From: Amoebidium appalachense
Lineage: Eukaryota > Protista > Ichthyosporea
DNA: 64,000 nucleotides
Assembly: GCA_963693365.1 (NCBI GenBank)
Contig: CAVNZM010000005.1
Span: 6,517,167-6,581,166, forward strand
Direction: 5' to 3'
Shown: piece by piece, positions 1 through 37,578 of the stretch
Numbering within the stretch: position 1 is the first letter of the stretch
How the letters are laid out: every line of letters starts with the position of its first letter
The notes under the pieces: model-generated
Database searches by the model: none
What the model was told of the DNA's origin: nothing
Seen by the model: the letters and a program-made list of their open reading frames with translations, nothing else
Made by a program: the position numbers and the translations under genes

Positions 1-916
1 AGGGGGGGGGGGGGGGGGGGGGGGGGATGACTACCTTAGTGTGGATTTTCACTTCTTCATACATGTCGAAGTACTGATTTTGAGTGTGGTTTTGTACGGG
101 ATGGAAAGTGGCTAACTGTATTCAGTTCTTAAGTGTTTATTTGCTAGTTACCTCTAGATCTCTCTCCCTCTTTCGTTTTGGTTGCATGATTTTCTTTCAT
201 ACGCTTCGCCTGCTCATTCCTGGGAGGTTGAAGGCTGGAGAGTGTGTTTGGGATGGAGGGAGGGGATTGGAGGACTGCTGGAGGAGGAAGAACCCTCTCG
301 GCAGGAAGGGGGGCAGGTGGGGGGAGGGGAGGGGGGGGGGGGGGGGGGGGGGGGGGAGAGGGAGTGACAGTCTGGACTGTGTGTGTGTGTGTGTGTGTGT
401 GGGAGGTGTGTGTCTGCGGGAACGGGGTCTTCCTTTCACACCTGTGACGTCAGCGTATACTTGAGAGAAAACCAGAAAATTTCAGTATTCAGGAGGGAAA
501 CCCCGGTTGAAAGATTCATCCAAGTTATGTCTTCTTTCTTGATTTTCTGTCTTTTCATTTGTTCTTGTTCTTTGCCTTCTCAATGGCTTCGCAGAGGAGA
601 GGAGTGGAAATGACAATTTGGGTTGGTGGGGATGGAAGAATTGCAGAAACGGGGACACGGCATGTTTTTTTTTTTTGTTTGTTTATTTTTTTGTTTTTGA
701 ACGGAGAGGGTTGAGTGGGGGGATGGGAAAAGCCGTAGGGTTAACGGGGGGGAGGAAAGGGGGCGGAGGGGGGGGGGGGGGGGGGGGGGGGGGTGCTATC
801 TGTCTCTTTTCTTTGTCTTGCGTGCATTCTAACCCTTGAGGGAGCGGCCTCTCCCCCTCTCCCTTTCCCCACCCCACCCCACCTCACACCAATTCACACC
901 CACCTCGCATTCTCCT

Positions 917-961
<45 letters not shown>

Positions 962-1060
962 ACCTCCATCCGTCTGCTTTCCCCTTCATTACTCCTGTAT
1001 CTAAGACAAACGGATATCATTTCACCTGTAGTGGAATGCCTCCCCCGGCCCCCCCTCCGT

Positions 1061-1098
<38 letters not shown>

Positions 1099-1178
1099 GC
1101 GCGTACACACGTACACACACGTACACACGCTCATATACACGCATACACACATACACACACACGTACGTACGTACACAG

Positions 1179-9283
<8,105 letters not shown>

Positions 9284-9504
9284 ATGAGCAAATTCCGAAA
9301 GAATGAAACCCGAGAGAGAGTGCCGAAGCCCCCCCCCCCCCCCCCCCGGCCCTGCCCCGCCCCTGCCCCGCCCCTACACACACACACACACACACACAAA
9401 CAAACCCTCACACCACCACCACCACCTCCTCCCCCCCCCCCCCCCCCCCCCCCGCCCCTACACACACACACACACAAACCTTCCCACCACCACCACCACC
9501 ACCT

Positions 9505-9543
<39 letters not shown>

Positions 9544-9814
9544 AAAAAAAGTAAAGAAAAAGCCCCCCTCCCCCCCCCCCCCCAAAAAAAAAAAAAAAAA
9601 AAAGTAAAGAAAAGCAAAAGAATTCTTCCCCCTTTTGGTGGATTTTCCTGCCCTCCATTGAATGTGTATGAATTTGTACCCCGTACTCTGTAACACATTC
9701 TAACCCCCAAAACTCCCCACCTCTCAAACTTCAAATCCGCCAACCCACCCCAAACACCCATGCGCCCCTCCTCCTCCCCCCCCCCCCCCCCCCCTTCTCC
9801 CCACCTCTCTCCCA

Positions 9815-9845
<31 letters not shown>

Positions 9846-10027
9846 GCACACACACGGACACACGGACACACACAGCCACTATTACCAAAACGAGAGTTTC
9901 GATCCCCCGCCAAAGGAAACCCCAAGTCATCTCTGGAATCCCACCGCGAATGTTCGTTTTGCGGTTCTTTGGGGACGGAAGGAAATAGGCTCAAACACTG
10001 CCAAGCGTGCAAGTCTGTGTGGTATTG

Positions 10028-10460
10028 TGGGAGAGTGTGCCAAAAGGGGGATTGGGCGGTACATAGGGAAAGTTGTCGGGTGGAGAATGAGAGAGGAACG
10101 GGTCGAACAAAAACGAGGGGGCCTAACTTTTGATTAATAATAGCCTTAGAATATATTTTATAGATTTTGTGTGGTGCTGCAGGAGAGAATGCCAGAAAGG
10201 GGATTGGGAGGTGTACAGAGGAAAGTGTCGGTTTGAGAACGGGAGGAAGGACGTGTCGGAAAAGAAAATAGGGGGCCTAGCAGCGTCATTTTTTTATTTA
10301 ATATTATTTAATGGTATATTATATTTTTATTGGATTTTAAATCCATGTGCGTACTGTGCGGGTGAGTGTCAGAAGGGGCATTGGGTCGTGCACAGAGAAA
10401 GTCGTCGGGTGGAGAATGGAAGGAGAAACGGGGTCGAACAGAAATGAGGGGACCTAATAG
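10028..10460. repeat. Three diverged ~100-bp purine-rich direct repeats separated by AT-rich spacers
   Basis: Units begin near 10028, 10178 and 10357 and share gagtgtgcca/gaatgcca/gagtgtca..ggattggg..gaaagt..gtcgg..gagaa..gtcg.a.a..aaa..agggg.cctaa. Confidence 0.7.
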
Positions 10461-11364
10461 GGATTTTTTTTTTTACTTCGGTGAATAACTTTTAAGTATT
10501 GATTTATTTAAAAAAAAAATTAAAGTTTTGTGCCTGCTGCTGTATATATAATGTTAGCTTGACGCGAGTTTTTTTGGTGGTGTTGAAACATTGGCGCGCG
10601 AGATAAGCCTTCGTGGCAGGCTGTTTTTCCTCTGTCTTTTTCTGTGGCTTGTTGTCACGCTTGGTAGGAGGACCGGTTTCTGTTAATGACGCACGTATGC
10701 ATACGTCCACCCATCAGGGTAAAACTTTGCGTTGGCACGTGGCTCTAGATGACATCATAATAGATGTGCATCATATAGTGAGATGGTATGCTACTAATAT
10801 ACTTAGTGTTCCTTTAAATTTCTGAATGACTACATACGTATGAACCGTGAGGTGAATCTGACAAGTGCATATAGATCAGATCCTGTGTATTTTTTGTTAG
10901 TGTGCCACCTGAATGCGGATATGAATAGCTGTAGGTCAGCTGTATTAATTGAGTGTGCATGAAGTACGTATAATGTAATCTTATTCAGGTATGTCTAGAG
11001 GTATAATTGGCCACTTAGCCTTGCCGGGTAAAAGGATAGAATGGAATGTACACAGTTTCATTTTTTTATCACATTTGAACATCATTCGACGGTTTCATAT
11101 GCTGGCTTTCTTCTGTGGGGCTGGTATACGTACGCGTATGTAGTATTACTGCTTTCGAATGACTGTAATCCAGCTGAGCACTAATGTACATATCTATAAT
11201 TCTGAAAAAATATAAATAAAAACAATATTATAAAACCTTTATTGCCCATATGATTTGTAGCTCATAGATAAGTCCGCAAGTTGCTCACTACGCTGATACA
11301 AACCGTTGGGTGAAAGTACCGTTGGACTGTTGCATTCCGGGTCCTGACGGGTGCACCACATCTG

Positions 11365-11750
11365 CAGAATTGATGATTCTCAGTGACACAGAATAATTCT
11401 ATTGAACACATGTACAGGTAATTCTCTTGAACACACAATAGTTCTCTTGAACACCGAATATACTTTTCACGAACAGAATAATTTTCTTGAACACAGAATA
11501 AATAATAATATATTCTATATATTCTCCAAACACAGAACATTCTAGATTCAAATTTTGTTCGCACAAAGTCTAGAATCTATCTACTAGTACTATCATGATA
11601 TCGGCCATGTTATACGTATACATGAATAATATTCTGCTCAAAGCAGAATAAATCTGTCTTTATAGTAACGCTGCCTTCAGAACTGCAGAATAATATAATG
11701 AACATAGGCGTGCTCAAAGCAGAACTCGATATAATTCTGCCTTTCCAGGA
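11365..11750. repeat. Degenerate AT-rich tandem repeat (about 20-bp gaacacagaataattct-like unit)
   Basis: Recurring gaacacagaata / cagaataat / gcagaata motifs. Confidence 0.55.
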
Positions 11751-11964
11751 TTCGTAGTCACGGCTGTCAAAGCTGAATAAACCAGCTAATTAAGCTGGCC
11801 CTATGTTTGCACAATATCATGCCATGTTTCTTTCCGAACAATGTAACTTGAATAACTTATATAATAATGATGTCCGCATATTGAATCACGCAAGTGCGTA
11901 ATCCCCAACATATCACATCCTTCGTAACATACGTGTTATGTCGATAGAAACCGGTGACCTCCGT

Positions 11965-12009
<45 letters not shown>

Positions 12010-12275
12010 TCTTTCCCCGGGGGCCGCCGCTCCCTCCCGCCACCATGACCCACCCCACACACAGGCTCCGCTTGTACATAGACATATCTATAGGAAACAT
12101 GTACCCCCCCCCCCCCCCCCCCCCCCCCCACCCTCCTCCTCCTCTCCCGCCCTCACCACCAACCCCACACACGTCCGCATATAATGGATAGGACCCCTCC
12201 TCCTTCCTTCCCCCCCTCTCCGTTCCTCCCTCACTACCCACCCACACACCGGCTCCGCATGCACACAGATGGAAG

Positions 12276-12306
<31 letters not shown>

Positions 12307-12835
12307 CATATGCATGCACCGTGGCGGCCTGGCGCGGCCAATGCTATCACAGCCCCCTGCAGTGTGTGTGTGCTTTAGCACGTGCGCACCTATCATGACT
12401 TTGTGCTAATCGGTGCATACGTGTGAGTTAGACAATGCAAGTGTTTCGGAATTCCGCGTGCGTCATTTGCACGTGTGTACGACGCGTGCTTATGGGAACA
12501 TGCACAAAATCAAACATCACCAAAGTTTATAAAACAATAAAAAAAGCAGGAATAAACAATAAAGAAAAGTAGGAATATGATGATTGTATTTTATTATCGT
12601 TGATAAATTAAAATTGAAAGAAGATTAGCAAGGGAACACCCAGCACCGCTGAGAGCCCAAGAGATATTCAATGAGATATTATATGAGATATTCAATGATT
12701 AAATATAACATTATTGTTATGCCAACATAGAGCAGGTATTGGCTTTCAAGTACTATTAAACTAAGCGCGGTCATTAATATTCAAATAAACCTGGGCCAGG
12801 GGGTGTTTTTTTACAACCCCCACACTTTTCGTATG

Positions 12836-12866
<31 letters not shown>

Positions 12867-13690
12867 TATACATAGCATGATAGCAGATCTAATACCAATA
12901 TTACTAACAATTGGAATTCAGTGTGTGTGTTTTGTGACATGAAGAACCTATATTAATAGGAAATTAGACTGGTCGCGGGGATGGAGGTTATGTGGAATGG
13001 GAATTAGAGATGGCTAAAACATAATAATAATAACGGTTGGGGGGAGAAAAAATGTTTATACAAGGCCATGACAAAAGGGAAAAAAAAAAAGATTCTTGTA
13101 AAAACACAAAATGACGCTACAGTGTGATTGAAATGTATGTGAGACACGGAAGAAGTATTATTAGGAGGCGTAGTGGTGATAGTGGGTGAATAGTACCGAC
13201 GTCATGTTAGCAAAACAAACGAACAAACAAACAAAAAGAAAAAGTAAAAACAGGCACGACGATAATGCTGTTTGGGCATGCATGTATAATAACAGTGAAA
13301 GGCATTTCTCTGCTGGTGCCCCGGGTGCTCGTTGTTGAAACAAACGCCCCGGAGTGGTAGAAGATAACATAACAAACAGTTGCATGCGTAATAGTAGTAA
13401 GGCAATAAAACAGTTGCATGCACAATATTATAAAGGCGATAAAACAGTTGCATATGCATGCGAATTATTATAATAGCATGTGCTTGCGTCCGGTGATATC
13501 ACAAAGGATAATTAGAGCAAACCATTCCCCGGTCGAGAGTTGGCACAAACCGCACTCTTGCAAAACTTCACCCGAAGCTCCATTCGTCCCCATACACCGC
13601 CAGCTTCCCATCCAAAAGGAACAAACCCCGCTTGATCGGGTTGAACGCAAACACACCGGGTCGGGTTGCAGTGTTTCGGTTCGGGTCGGG

Positions 13691-14412
13691 TCAATGGTGG
13701 AACATAGAGAAAAGCGACTTGGGCCGGGAGCGGTGGGGTTTCAACACGTGCTCTTGCGTGAAAGTCAGATCGGAAACCGTGGCCGATCGCGCACGTGAAT
13801 TTTCTACCAGGGGAGATCCAATACCGGGATACTGGCCCCCCTCATGGGGGGATCCGTAAATTCCGGCCGAAAGGGGGCTGGGGCTCAAAGGGGGGTGGTG
13901 GCCGCCGTGGTTGAACGTGTCCGGCAGGGAGGGTGCACGAAGGAGGCTCATGGGTCTCTGGTTCGAAAGATGGAAGGAGAGGGGGGTCCTTTGTACGCTT
14001 TTTCCACTTTGCATCAGCTGAGGGGAGGAAGCGGTGACATGGAGGGGCTGCGACCGCTGCTGCTGCTGCTGCATCTGGGGGGTGTTGGGGGCGGAAATTT
14101 CGAATGAGCCCCCACCATCGCCCATCATTTCGTTAAGCGAATCGAGTTCGTGCCCTGTAAATTCGAACCGAATGTCCGACCGGGGGGGCATAGACCCCAT
14201 TGATGCACACCGACGGAGGAGTTTCTCTTTGTGTTTGCCAATTTCGGGGCTTCCGGTGAGACCCCCCTCGCAAAATTCCTGGGCGAGGTGTGGGGTGATT
14301 CCCGATAGAACACGCTCGCCGCGGGTTTGGGGGTTGGCGACGATTTTGATCTGGGCAAGCGTCTTGTTGTGGTAGGCCGTGCAGGCTATGAAATTGCACA
14401 GGGGCAGGGGGT

Positions 14413-14466
<54 letters not shown>

Positions 14467-14631
14467 CGTGCGTATGCGGATTTATGCGTGTGCGGCAATA
14501 GGAAAAGTGGGTGGGTGTGTAATTTGTGCGTAAAGGGTGTCAGTTGTGAACAGGAGAGCAAAATAGAAGGGCCATACAGAGGATATGGAAGAAAGGAGGA
14601 GCTCACAGTGGAGGTGTGTGTGCGCACCCAT

Positions 14632-14672
<41 letters not shown>

Positions 14673-14778
14673 AGGAGAGAGAGAGAGAGAGAGAGAGGAG
14701 GGGGTGGGGGGGAGGGGGGGGGGGGGGTCCAGGTGCAAGTGTAGACGCACGTGTGTGTGTGAAGGGCAGGAGGGATCA

Positions 14779-14828
<50 letters not shown>

Positions 14829-15335
14829 CGCCCACACACACACACGGAAAAAAAAAAAGAAAAGAAAAGAAGAAAAGAGCACATTTCTAGAACATGCACG
14901 AACAAATGAGACATTAACACACACCCAACCAACATACATCTATTCTTGATTCTTTGTGCGTTGGACTTGTCCACCGGCCGCCGGAGACGCGGGGGGGGGG
15001 GGGGGGGGGGGGTTGGCATTTACTTCTTGATTTCCAGCGGATTCACCCCAATAAACGGATTCGTCATGTTTCTGACTGGGGGATTCTGACTGGGTGAATT
15101 TTCGTGTACAGGGACGAGATAACCGACGGGGAGATAACTGTGGAAGGACTCCAGGTGGATGGCAGCCTTGTTGTTGGGCTTGTTGGTGATTTTGCAGTGG
15201 TTAAAGGATATCCCGTCCGTGGAAATTTGCCTGCCTTCGTAGGGCCCCCCCGGCAGCAGGTAGAACTCTTGGGTGCCGGTGGAGGTGGGGTTGGAGGTGA
15301 AAAACAAGCTGTTTGTGCCTGTGTGTGTGCATGTG

Positions 15336-15380
<45 letters not shown>

Positions 15381-15474
15381 ACAAGTGTGTGGGAGCCCGT
15401 GTGGATAGATGGTGTTGCTCATTTTGAAGGCCCCGGGCGGGGGGGGGGGGGGGGGGGGGGGGAGGGGGGGACCT

Positions 15475-15505
<31 letters not shown>

Positions 15506-15510
15506 GGGGG

Positions 15511-15541
<31 letters not shown>

Positions 15542-17039
15542 GGGGAGGGGGAGGGGGGGGGGGTTAATGTGCGGGATAGTGTTTGTTACAGAGTGTTTTG
15601 TGTGTGAGCGGTATTTGCAATTGGGTGAGTTGGGGCCGTCAGATGTGCACGTCTCACCGTTATAACAGGGCTCATATTAGCTGCAAGGTGCACTTGGATC
15701 TTTTCTGACACAGACTTTTTCGTTATACAATCCGCATGTCACAAAGTTTATGCCTGTACTGGTGTTGGCATAAACAGCGTACGCTCACACAACGACAGTA
15801 GCTGACATTCGCACACACACAAAGCCACATGTATGCAAAGACACAACCGCGACCATGGAGAACACATGCGTGACGAGAACGCACACACACGTGCACAGAA
15901 CACACAGATGCAAACACACACATGCGCAGACACTACTCCCTGCACCGTATGCTTATCATGTCCCCACCATTATGTGTGTATCAGCCATAGAAGTTGCCCC
16001 CCCCCCCCCCCCCCCCCTCCCCTCCCCCTTTCCCTTCCATCCTCACCCCCCCCCCCCCCCCCCCCCACCCCAGGCCTCTTCCCCCCTTAAAAACACAAAC
16101 ATAAATCCAACTTACGTCGCATTTTCTTCTGCTGAGTCCATCCGCTATGCTCCACCCAGCGCCACCCCGACCCCAAGGGGTCCTCACACTCAAACGCCAA
16201 CCACACATTGTACTTCTGCTCAGGATCGACGTCCGAAATCGACAATTCGATGGGAGGGAAAAGCTGCCTCCCTTTCGATGAGATGATCATCTCGTTACGA
16301 AGTTGGTGCAGGCGTGTCCACAATTCCAGCTGTCTCAGATGCACATTTTGCGATCCGTTTTGGTTTGACAATGTGTTGGCCGAGGGAAACGAAAAGGGAT
16401 TGAGATTGGACTGTTGTTGGTTGGGGAAAGAGTGCATGGTGGAAAGCAGCGGAGACGATGGCACGCTCAATTCGCCAATGTTCTGATCTTGAAGGAGAGA
16501 GGGGAAATTGAAGAAAGATTGGGGGAGGGATGTTGTTGAGGAAAGATAGGTCTCGTCTATAGACATGACACTATCGAGGAATGGATCGCCGAGATCCATT
16601 TTCAGGCCTGGGCCAAGGGGGTCCAAGAGATTCGGGGCGGAATTTGGGACGCTGCACGGTAAAGAACCCCCCTGCATGCTGTCGAAATTGTTGCCAAAAC
16701 TTGCTGTTTGCATTGAAATTTGGTTGTCGACGTATTCGGCGACGGAATCGAGGGTGGCTTGATCAAAGGTGTCGAAATCGGCGCACAGGTTGGTCAGTTG
16801 GTCGGCCACCGGGGCAGACTCACTGTGTGTGTGTGTGTGTGTGAGTGTGTGTGTGTGTGTGTGTTTGTCAGTGAGTCGCACTACACGTTGTTGATTTGCG
16901 CTCCTTTTTCAAGAGCTCCTTTTTCGAGTAGATGGAAGACGAAAGCGAAAGAGGATACAAGGGCGTCCCCAAAGGGGGTGGGGAAAGGGAGAGGAGAAGG
17001 AAGGGAGGGGGAGAGGAAAACACAGGCGCACAGTGCCAT
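13691..17039 (-). CDS. T-box transcription factor (divergent), about 577 aa, 4 exons
   Basis: Exons 17039-17032 (ATG GCA CT, tentative), 16822-16116, 15318-15024 and 14414-13691 join in frame at GT-AG sites. T-box motifs: LWTRLHQLRNEMIISSKGRQLFP..DPEQKYNV..WRW..SGW; YLLPGGPYEG..ISFNHCKITN..IHLESFHSYLP; PLCNFIACTAYHNKTLAQIKIVANP. Confidence 0.9.
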
Positions 17040-20000
17040 TGTAAAAGAGAAAGTCAGTAACATAACATTATTGAGAACCAGAACATCTATTTATAGCAGG
17101 CCCTACGGTGGAGAATGCATGGGATGGGCTACTGTGAGGCACAAAAACACAACACCGTGGCCATAAGTAACATATTGAAGCTTTTTCAAAGCATGCAAAC
17201 ATACGTGAAACACATGAACTTCTGAGGACACAAAAAGACAAGCACGATGTAGGGGCCCGTAAACGTAAAAATATTATTGTACTGACAATCATTGAGTGGC
17301 ACTGGACTGAAATGCTGACTGCCTCACTTCTTTGCCTCGTATCGTAGAGAAGCAAGTCAGCAAGCAAACCAAGAAATTTCAGCTCTCAAAGTGGATCCCA
17401 GAATAGGAAGCTCTGCAACCGCATAGATCTCTAGTTCAAGCACAAGTTCTGAACATGACGGAGAGTTCTGATAACACCAAAAACTTATGCAAAAAATTGT
17501 CAGGTGTATTGAAGACCAAAAACTTTTGCGAAACATCAAGAGCCTCCAAAAAAAGACTATCACGTATCACGTGTTATGGTGTATGTCACGTGTAGAAAGA
17601 CAGCGTTTTTACGGGCCACCTACCCGTTTGCGCAGAGAACCAGAAGCTCGTCAATTTCATTCATCACCCCCAGCTCGTCTCCCTCCGGCATCTCCTTGAT
17701 TACAACTTCTCTCTGTGGTTCAGTCACTGTGTTGACTTCTCCTGGGAATGTTGTGTCGCCGCCCACACCCACCAGCGCTGCAAGGGTGTTTGCTAGCTCT
17801 TTCCAACTGGAAAGCGAGTCATTAGAACGGAAAGGCATGTTTGATGCACAGATGTGTGACACACGCGTGTACTAATGTTACGCGCATACAAGATGCCTAA
17901 AAAAAAGTGTTTCGTGTTGTAGTAGGGACTGTCACAAGCAAACAGTACTAGTGTGACCGTGGCAGCGTGAGTGTGCACGGCAGTCGGACGGCGTTTGCGC
18001 GTACGCGTGCCTTTGCCCGTTACGAAAACACGTATATCGGTGTGTGCCACACGAGTGGCCGTGCTCTTCCGGGTCGGTCGCCGGTTTTGACTGTGCAAAC
18101 TACTCTAGAATTAACCCCCGAAGGACTCAAAGGCTTTGAAAATACTTGTCACTCGCTGAGATGTAGTTCAACTAACTTCACACCATTCGAGAATGTTGGC
18201 TGGTGAAACTCTGATTCGTTGATGATGCTCGTTATCGAAAAACGATACCAGAGCTGATGCTATCCAGTAAAACAGCTGCCAAAGCGCAGTATCGGAGTGT
18301 TTCTCTGAGCTGAGAACAAAACGCCTTGTTACACCTTTACGGCAAGTAGGTATGTTATAACCTCGCGCTAGGGGGCCGCGGCGTTTCTCGTTTCTGCCCG
18401 CCTGTGTGGCTTCCGTGCAACGGAAACATCCCGAGGAATTTGTGGCGGGACGGACCTGCTAGATCACATCAAGGATGTGTATTTTGAATTTCGGTTGGAA
18501 AACATTTAAGGCGATTCAAAGATATGCCAAATTGTAAAATAAGTGTATATAAAGGCTTTCGTTTTTTCTTTTTGTGGTGGGAAGGGGTCCCACTCAGGGG
18601 CACGTGACACTGTGTGTGTGTAGTGCGGCCTTGTCTATTCCTACTGCTGTGAGAGTGTGGGGACATCTCCCTTCCGCGGAGTTTCTCGCTTGAGGAGTGG
18701 TTTCTTCGACATCTGCAGGTGGCCCACTGCAACTTACGGTGACTTCTACACGCTATCTACAACGCTTCTACGCGAGCTATTGGCGGTGGGCTGCTGCAAC
18801 TTCTTCAACTGCTTCTGCGCTGCGTGAGTTGAGGGGTAGCTACTGGGTCGTCGAGGAGCTTTCCTTGTGGCTGCCGTGTTTTCAGCCTTCAGCAGTATGG
18901 CAATGACTGGGTTTGCTTGCATGCATTCTGTAGTAACGTGTTTTCCTGTGTGTCCTGCCACAACGCCAGGCCACCTTATTAAAGAGTTAGAGACAGCTTC
19001 TGCGGGTGTTCTAGGGGACGGGCCCGTGGGGATTGTTTTCTCGCTCGAATTTGGTCTGCATTGCTCTTTAAAGGGCTGACTTGCTTGCTAGCGCTGTGCC
19101 CCGGTAGGTTTTGAGGGGGGCCTGTTGGGGGGCGCCGGCAGCAGTAATGATGTCTTCTTGCGGAGTGTGGCCTGGTCATCATCGCTGCATATGACTAGTT
19201 GGAGCAAACTAGTTTCACGCATACACGTGCACTTGTACCTTTGCCCGCTGGTGTCCTTTGGTACACTTGTTGTTTTGTTTTTTATTTCATCGATGTGGCT
19301 CTTTCGAAGTCGGTTATTTTGGTGGTCATGTAGCCTGTGGCTGCACGTTGCCTTCATATCACGTTCATATCCACTGGACCACTGATCAATAAATCCCAGC
19401 TTCAAGAGAAAAAAAAATAAGTGCTAAAGATCATTGGGCCCCTTGTCGCGGTGACTAAATAAAATAGTTTCTTAGATAAAAATACTTGTATGGAAAAAAG
19501 GATAACACTTTTGGATAACTTCATCAAAATTTCTGCTGCACTCCAGGTGCCACCAATTGGCGGCAAGTTAGTTGGTGCGGTAAGACCATCTGATTGGCTT
19601 ATAAGAAAGCCCCAGGGGCTGGCGATCATGGCAACGTTTCGCCGGTGCAAAATGTTGTATACACACAGTTCGTAAAACAAATAGCAATTATTTGTTAACA
19701 ACACACAACAATTGTTACTGCTCTTCTGTTTGTATAAAAAACCTAATTCTGATGCAATGAATATAACGGGATACGAAAGTACTCATCAACAATATATGGA
19801 TAATGAATCGATTGATAGATCTGGCCATATGGACCGGCGTCGCGACTATCAACAGCAGCGGCCTAAGCCTGAAGATGATTTCACGCATTTTAGTGAACGC
19901 ATATAACTAATTTTTTTATATATGGGGTGAATTATAGTAGCTGGAAGTGCTGCAGAGTAAGACAACAAATCACTTGGTAAACAAGATATAAAAAAATTGT

Positions 20001-21674
20001 ACATGTAAGGCGGGTGAAAGAATGCCAGGCCGGCGTGATCTTGGTCGAAAAAATTACATGCCAAATTTGGAAAGATGTGAAAAATCTCCGAATCAACTTC
20101 GCGCCACGTACAAATGTTGCTGGCACACGATCGATCGGGGCCTGCCAAGGTTTGGCCACAGGGCGGATGTTTATAGCTCATTTATGCCTGTAAGAAAACC
20201 GAAAAATCGTAAAAACACACGTAAGCCCTTAGCACACGTAAAAAGCATGTGTGTATATTCGCCAGAATGTACACTTATTTTTAGATTTATCACATTTTTC
20301 CTATTGGCTTCAGGTGCGCGCTGGGCCAATAGGACACAATGTATCCACAAAAGATGGCGGACCCCGAAATAGGTGAAATTCGGAAATCAAGGATTTCAGA
20401 ATGGACACTGGAGCTGATCTATAGACTGATTACCGCAAAAACACCAACTACTAGTAGCCTATATGGCGGATACGGTTAGAGAGTCTCGTTCATACATAGA
20501 TTCGTTTATTCGTAATGTGGTGTGGTGTAAAAACGCAAAGATGATTATGGCTTGGCGGTGTAATCGGTTTCTGGTGTCTCCTGCTCGTATGTGTAATATG
20601 TGTGGGGGGCGGTTTACTCGCGGCTGCATATCTATCAATAAATGCAACCTGTTAGCTAATGTATTAGAACCGGAGGTTATTGGCGGTTTTATTCTCTTTT
20701 CTTCCTCTCTTCCTCAATTTATCCGTTTTAAGATGACTATCCTAGATCACCTTATTAATGCTGCACAGTATGATATTGTGATCCGGTGCCTTAACTTTCT
20801 TTCGGAGCTACCGATGCTAGCCTCTGCTTACCCATAATATGTAATAGGGGTGTCAGATACTATGGTGCCGATGGCGCTCATTGTTGCCCGAGCATGTACA
20901 TATGTCACTGGCTGCATTTGATTGGCTGTGCTGGAAAACGCAGTAGGCCGTCGAATGTGGCTGGGCCTCCGGCAGTGTCCACGCAATAAAAAGTGTGTAA
21001 ACCCCTGGTGTTTCTAGATGGCCGTGACCCCTACCGAACTTCCGACAAGTCACACTAGCTTTCACGCTGGTGATGCGTTGAGAGGAAAAAGCGTAAATAA
21101 AAACCGATACGAACACACGTACACACGCTCCCTGATCCTGATTCTTATCCGGGCCGACGCGCGACCAGAATATCAAGGTTTCACTTCACAGGCTGTGACC
21201 TTAAAACATCCAGTACACATGATAGCGCTGTGGGGCTATTATTTTACACTCTCAGTGCTAGCCCCTATCAGGGCTTTTGCCATACGATTAATTTGAAGAT
21301 AGATATGAAATAACCTTTTAAAAAATTTATATCAATGGGTATATCATATATAAGAGGCAGGTACCCTTTTCCGGGTTTGCATGTGTTTTTGTCACGTGTA
21401 TGTATCACTGGCACCGGGACTCCTAGATCAGCTGCTGGCCAGCCGCGGAGCCATCCACGTGCGTACTGGCACAGCTATGTACGTGTGCACAGGTATGTAC
21501 ATATCTAAGTAGCCTCATTTATCTCCCTCTGAGTGGTGCATCCGATGGACTCCAGTGGTGCATACATATGTGCCCATGCACGTGTGTGTTAGTGTGTGTA
21601 CAAGCAGTGCGTGTGTGTGACATTGTGTGCGTGTACACGTGAGTGTGTGTGTGCGTGTGCGCGCGTGTGTTAAA

Positions 21675-21734
<60 letters not shown>

Positions 21735-21736
21735 AA

Positions 21737-21803
<67 letters not shown>

Positions 21804-22008
21804 CCAGCGTGTGGACATGTATACAGTGTATTAAATACAGTTTTACACTCGTGGACGGGTTTACACGACAGTGTCAGCGCGTATAATTATGTGTGTTTGT
21901 AGGTGTGTGTGCGCGCGCACACGTGCGTGCGTGCATATGCATGGACGGTGGCATGCAGTGGTGGGTGTACGTGTGTGTTTGCACACGTGTGCGTGTGTGC
22001 GTATGCGC

Positions 22009-22041
<33 letters not shown>

Positions 22042-22640
22042 GTGTGCGCGCGCGTGTGTATGTGTGTGTTTTGGTTTGTGTGTGTGTGTGTGTCACAGTG
22101 TGTGTATGTGTGTATACGTAGAAGAAATGATGATCCAATGGATAACATGGCTTTTATGTATGCATACACCCGCGCATGGCACTATATTAGTACTCACGGC
22201 GTCAATTGTTAAATTTTTAGCGGTTACTGATTTTAGTAGATCAGACCGAGTACATCATATCTACACATGATCATGATACATCCTGAGTAGGAGCGACATG
22301 CATTACGTGTAATACAACAAGACCCAAATTCATGTGCTACATGCGTCCATCCGGCCATGTAATTGGGTGGATATCAGCCAATATTATGTAATGCTGCCCC
22401 TGGTGCAATCAGTCACTGTGGCATAGTTGTAGCCTCAAATAGCCACACATTCATGAGGATTTATGCCATTAAACGAGATAAATGCAGACCAGTCACTGCT
22501 TGGAGACTATTTCCGTTAGAGCTAAGTGTCATCTAAGTGCCTACTAGAATAATTTACATGTACAGAAATAATTCGTGACATAACTGTCATGATCTGAAAA
22601 ATGATATTATCGATATGTACATATGTACTGTGACATACAG

Positions 22641-22677
<37 letters not shown>

Positions 22678-22732
22678 ACACACACACCAACACGCACAAG
22701 CGCGTGTGCGCGCGCACACACACACACACACA

Positions 22733-22768
<36 letters not shown>

Positions 22769-22774
22769 CACACG

Positions 22775-22854
<80 letters not shown>

Positions 22855-22987
22855 GGCACACACCGGCACTCTCTCTGTATACACAAAAACCGCGCCACCC
22901 ACACGCACGCACGCGTACAAATCACGACACGCTGCAGTAGTAGAGATCAGCACCGCTTTCAGAACTTCCATGCATGCTTCTCCGCGG

Positions 22988-37578
<14,591 letters not shown>

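Noticed and set aside
18746-19405. Possible gag or zinc-knuckle remnant
   Set aside because: No complete CX2CX4HX4C motif, no LTRs and no pol fragments; kept only as part of the unexplained island.
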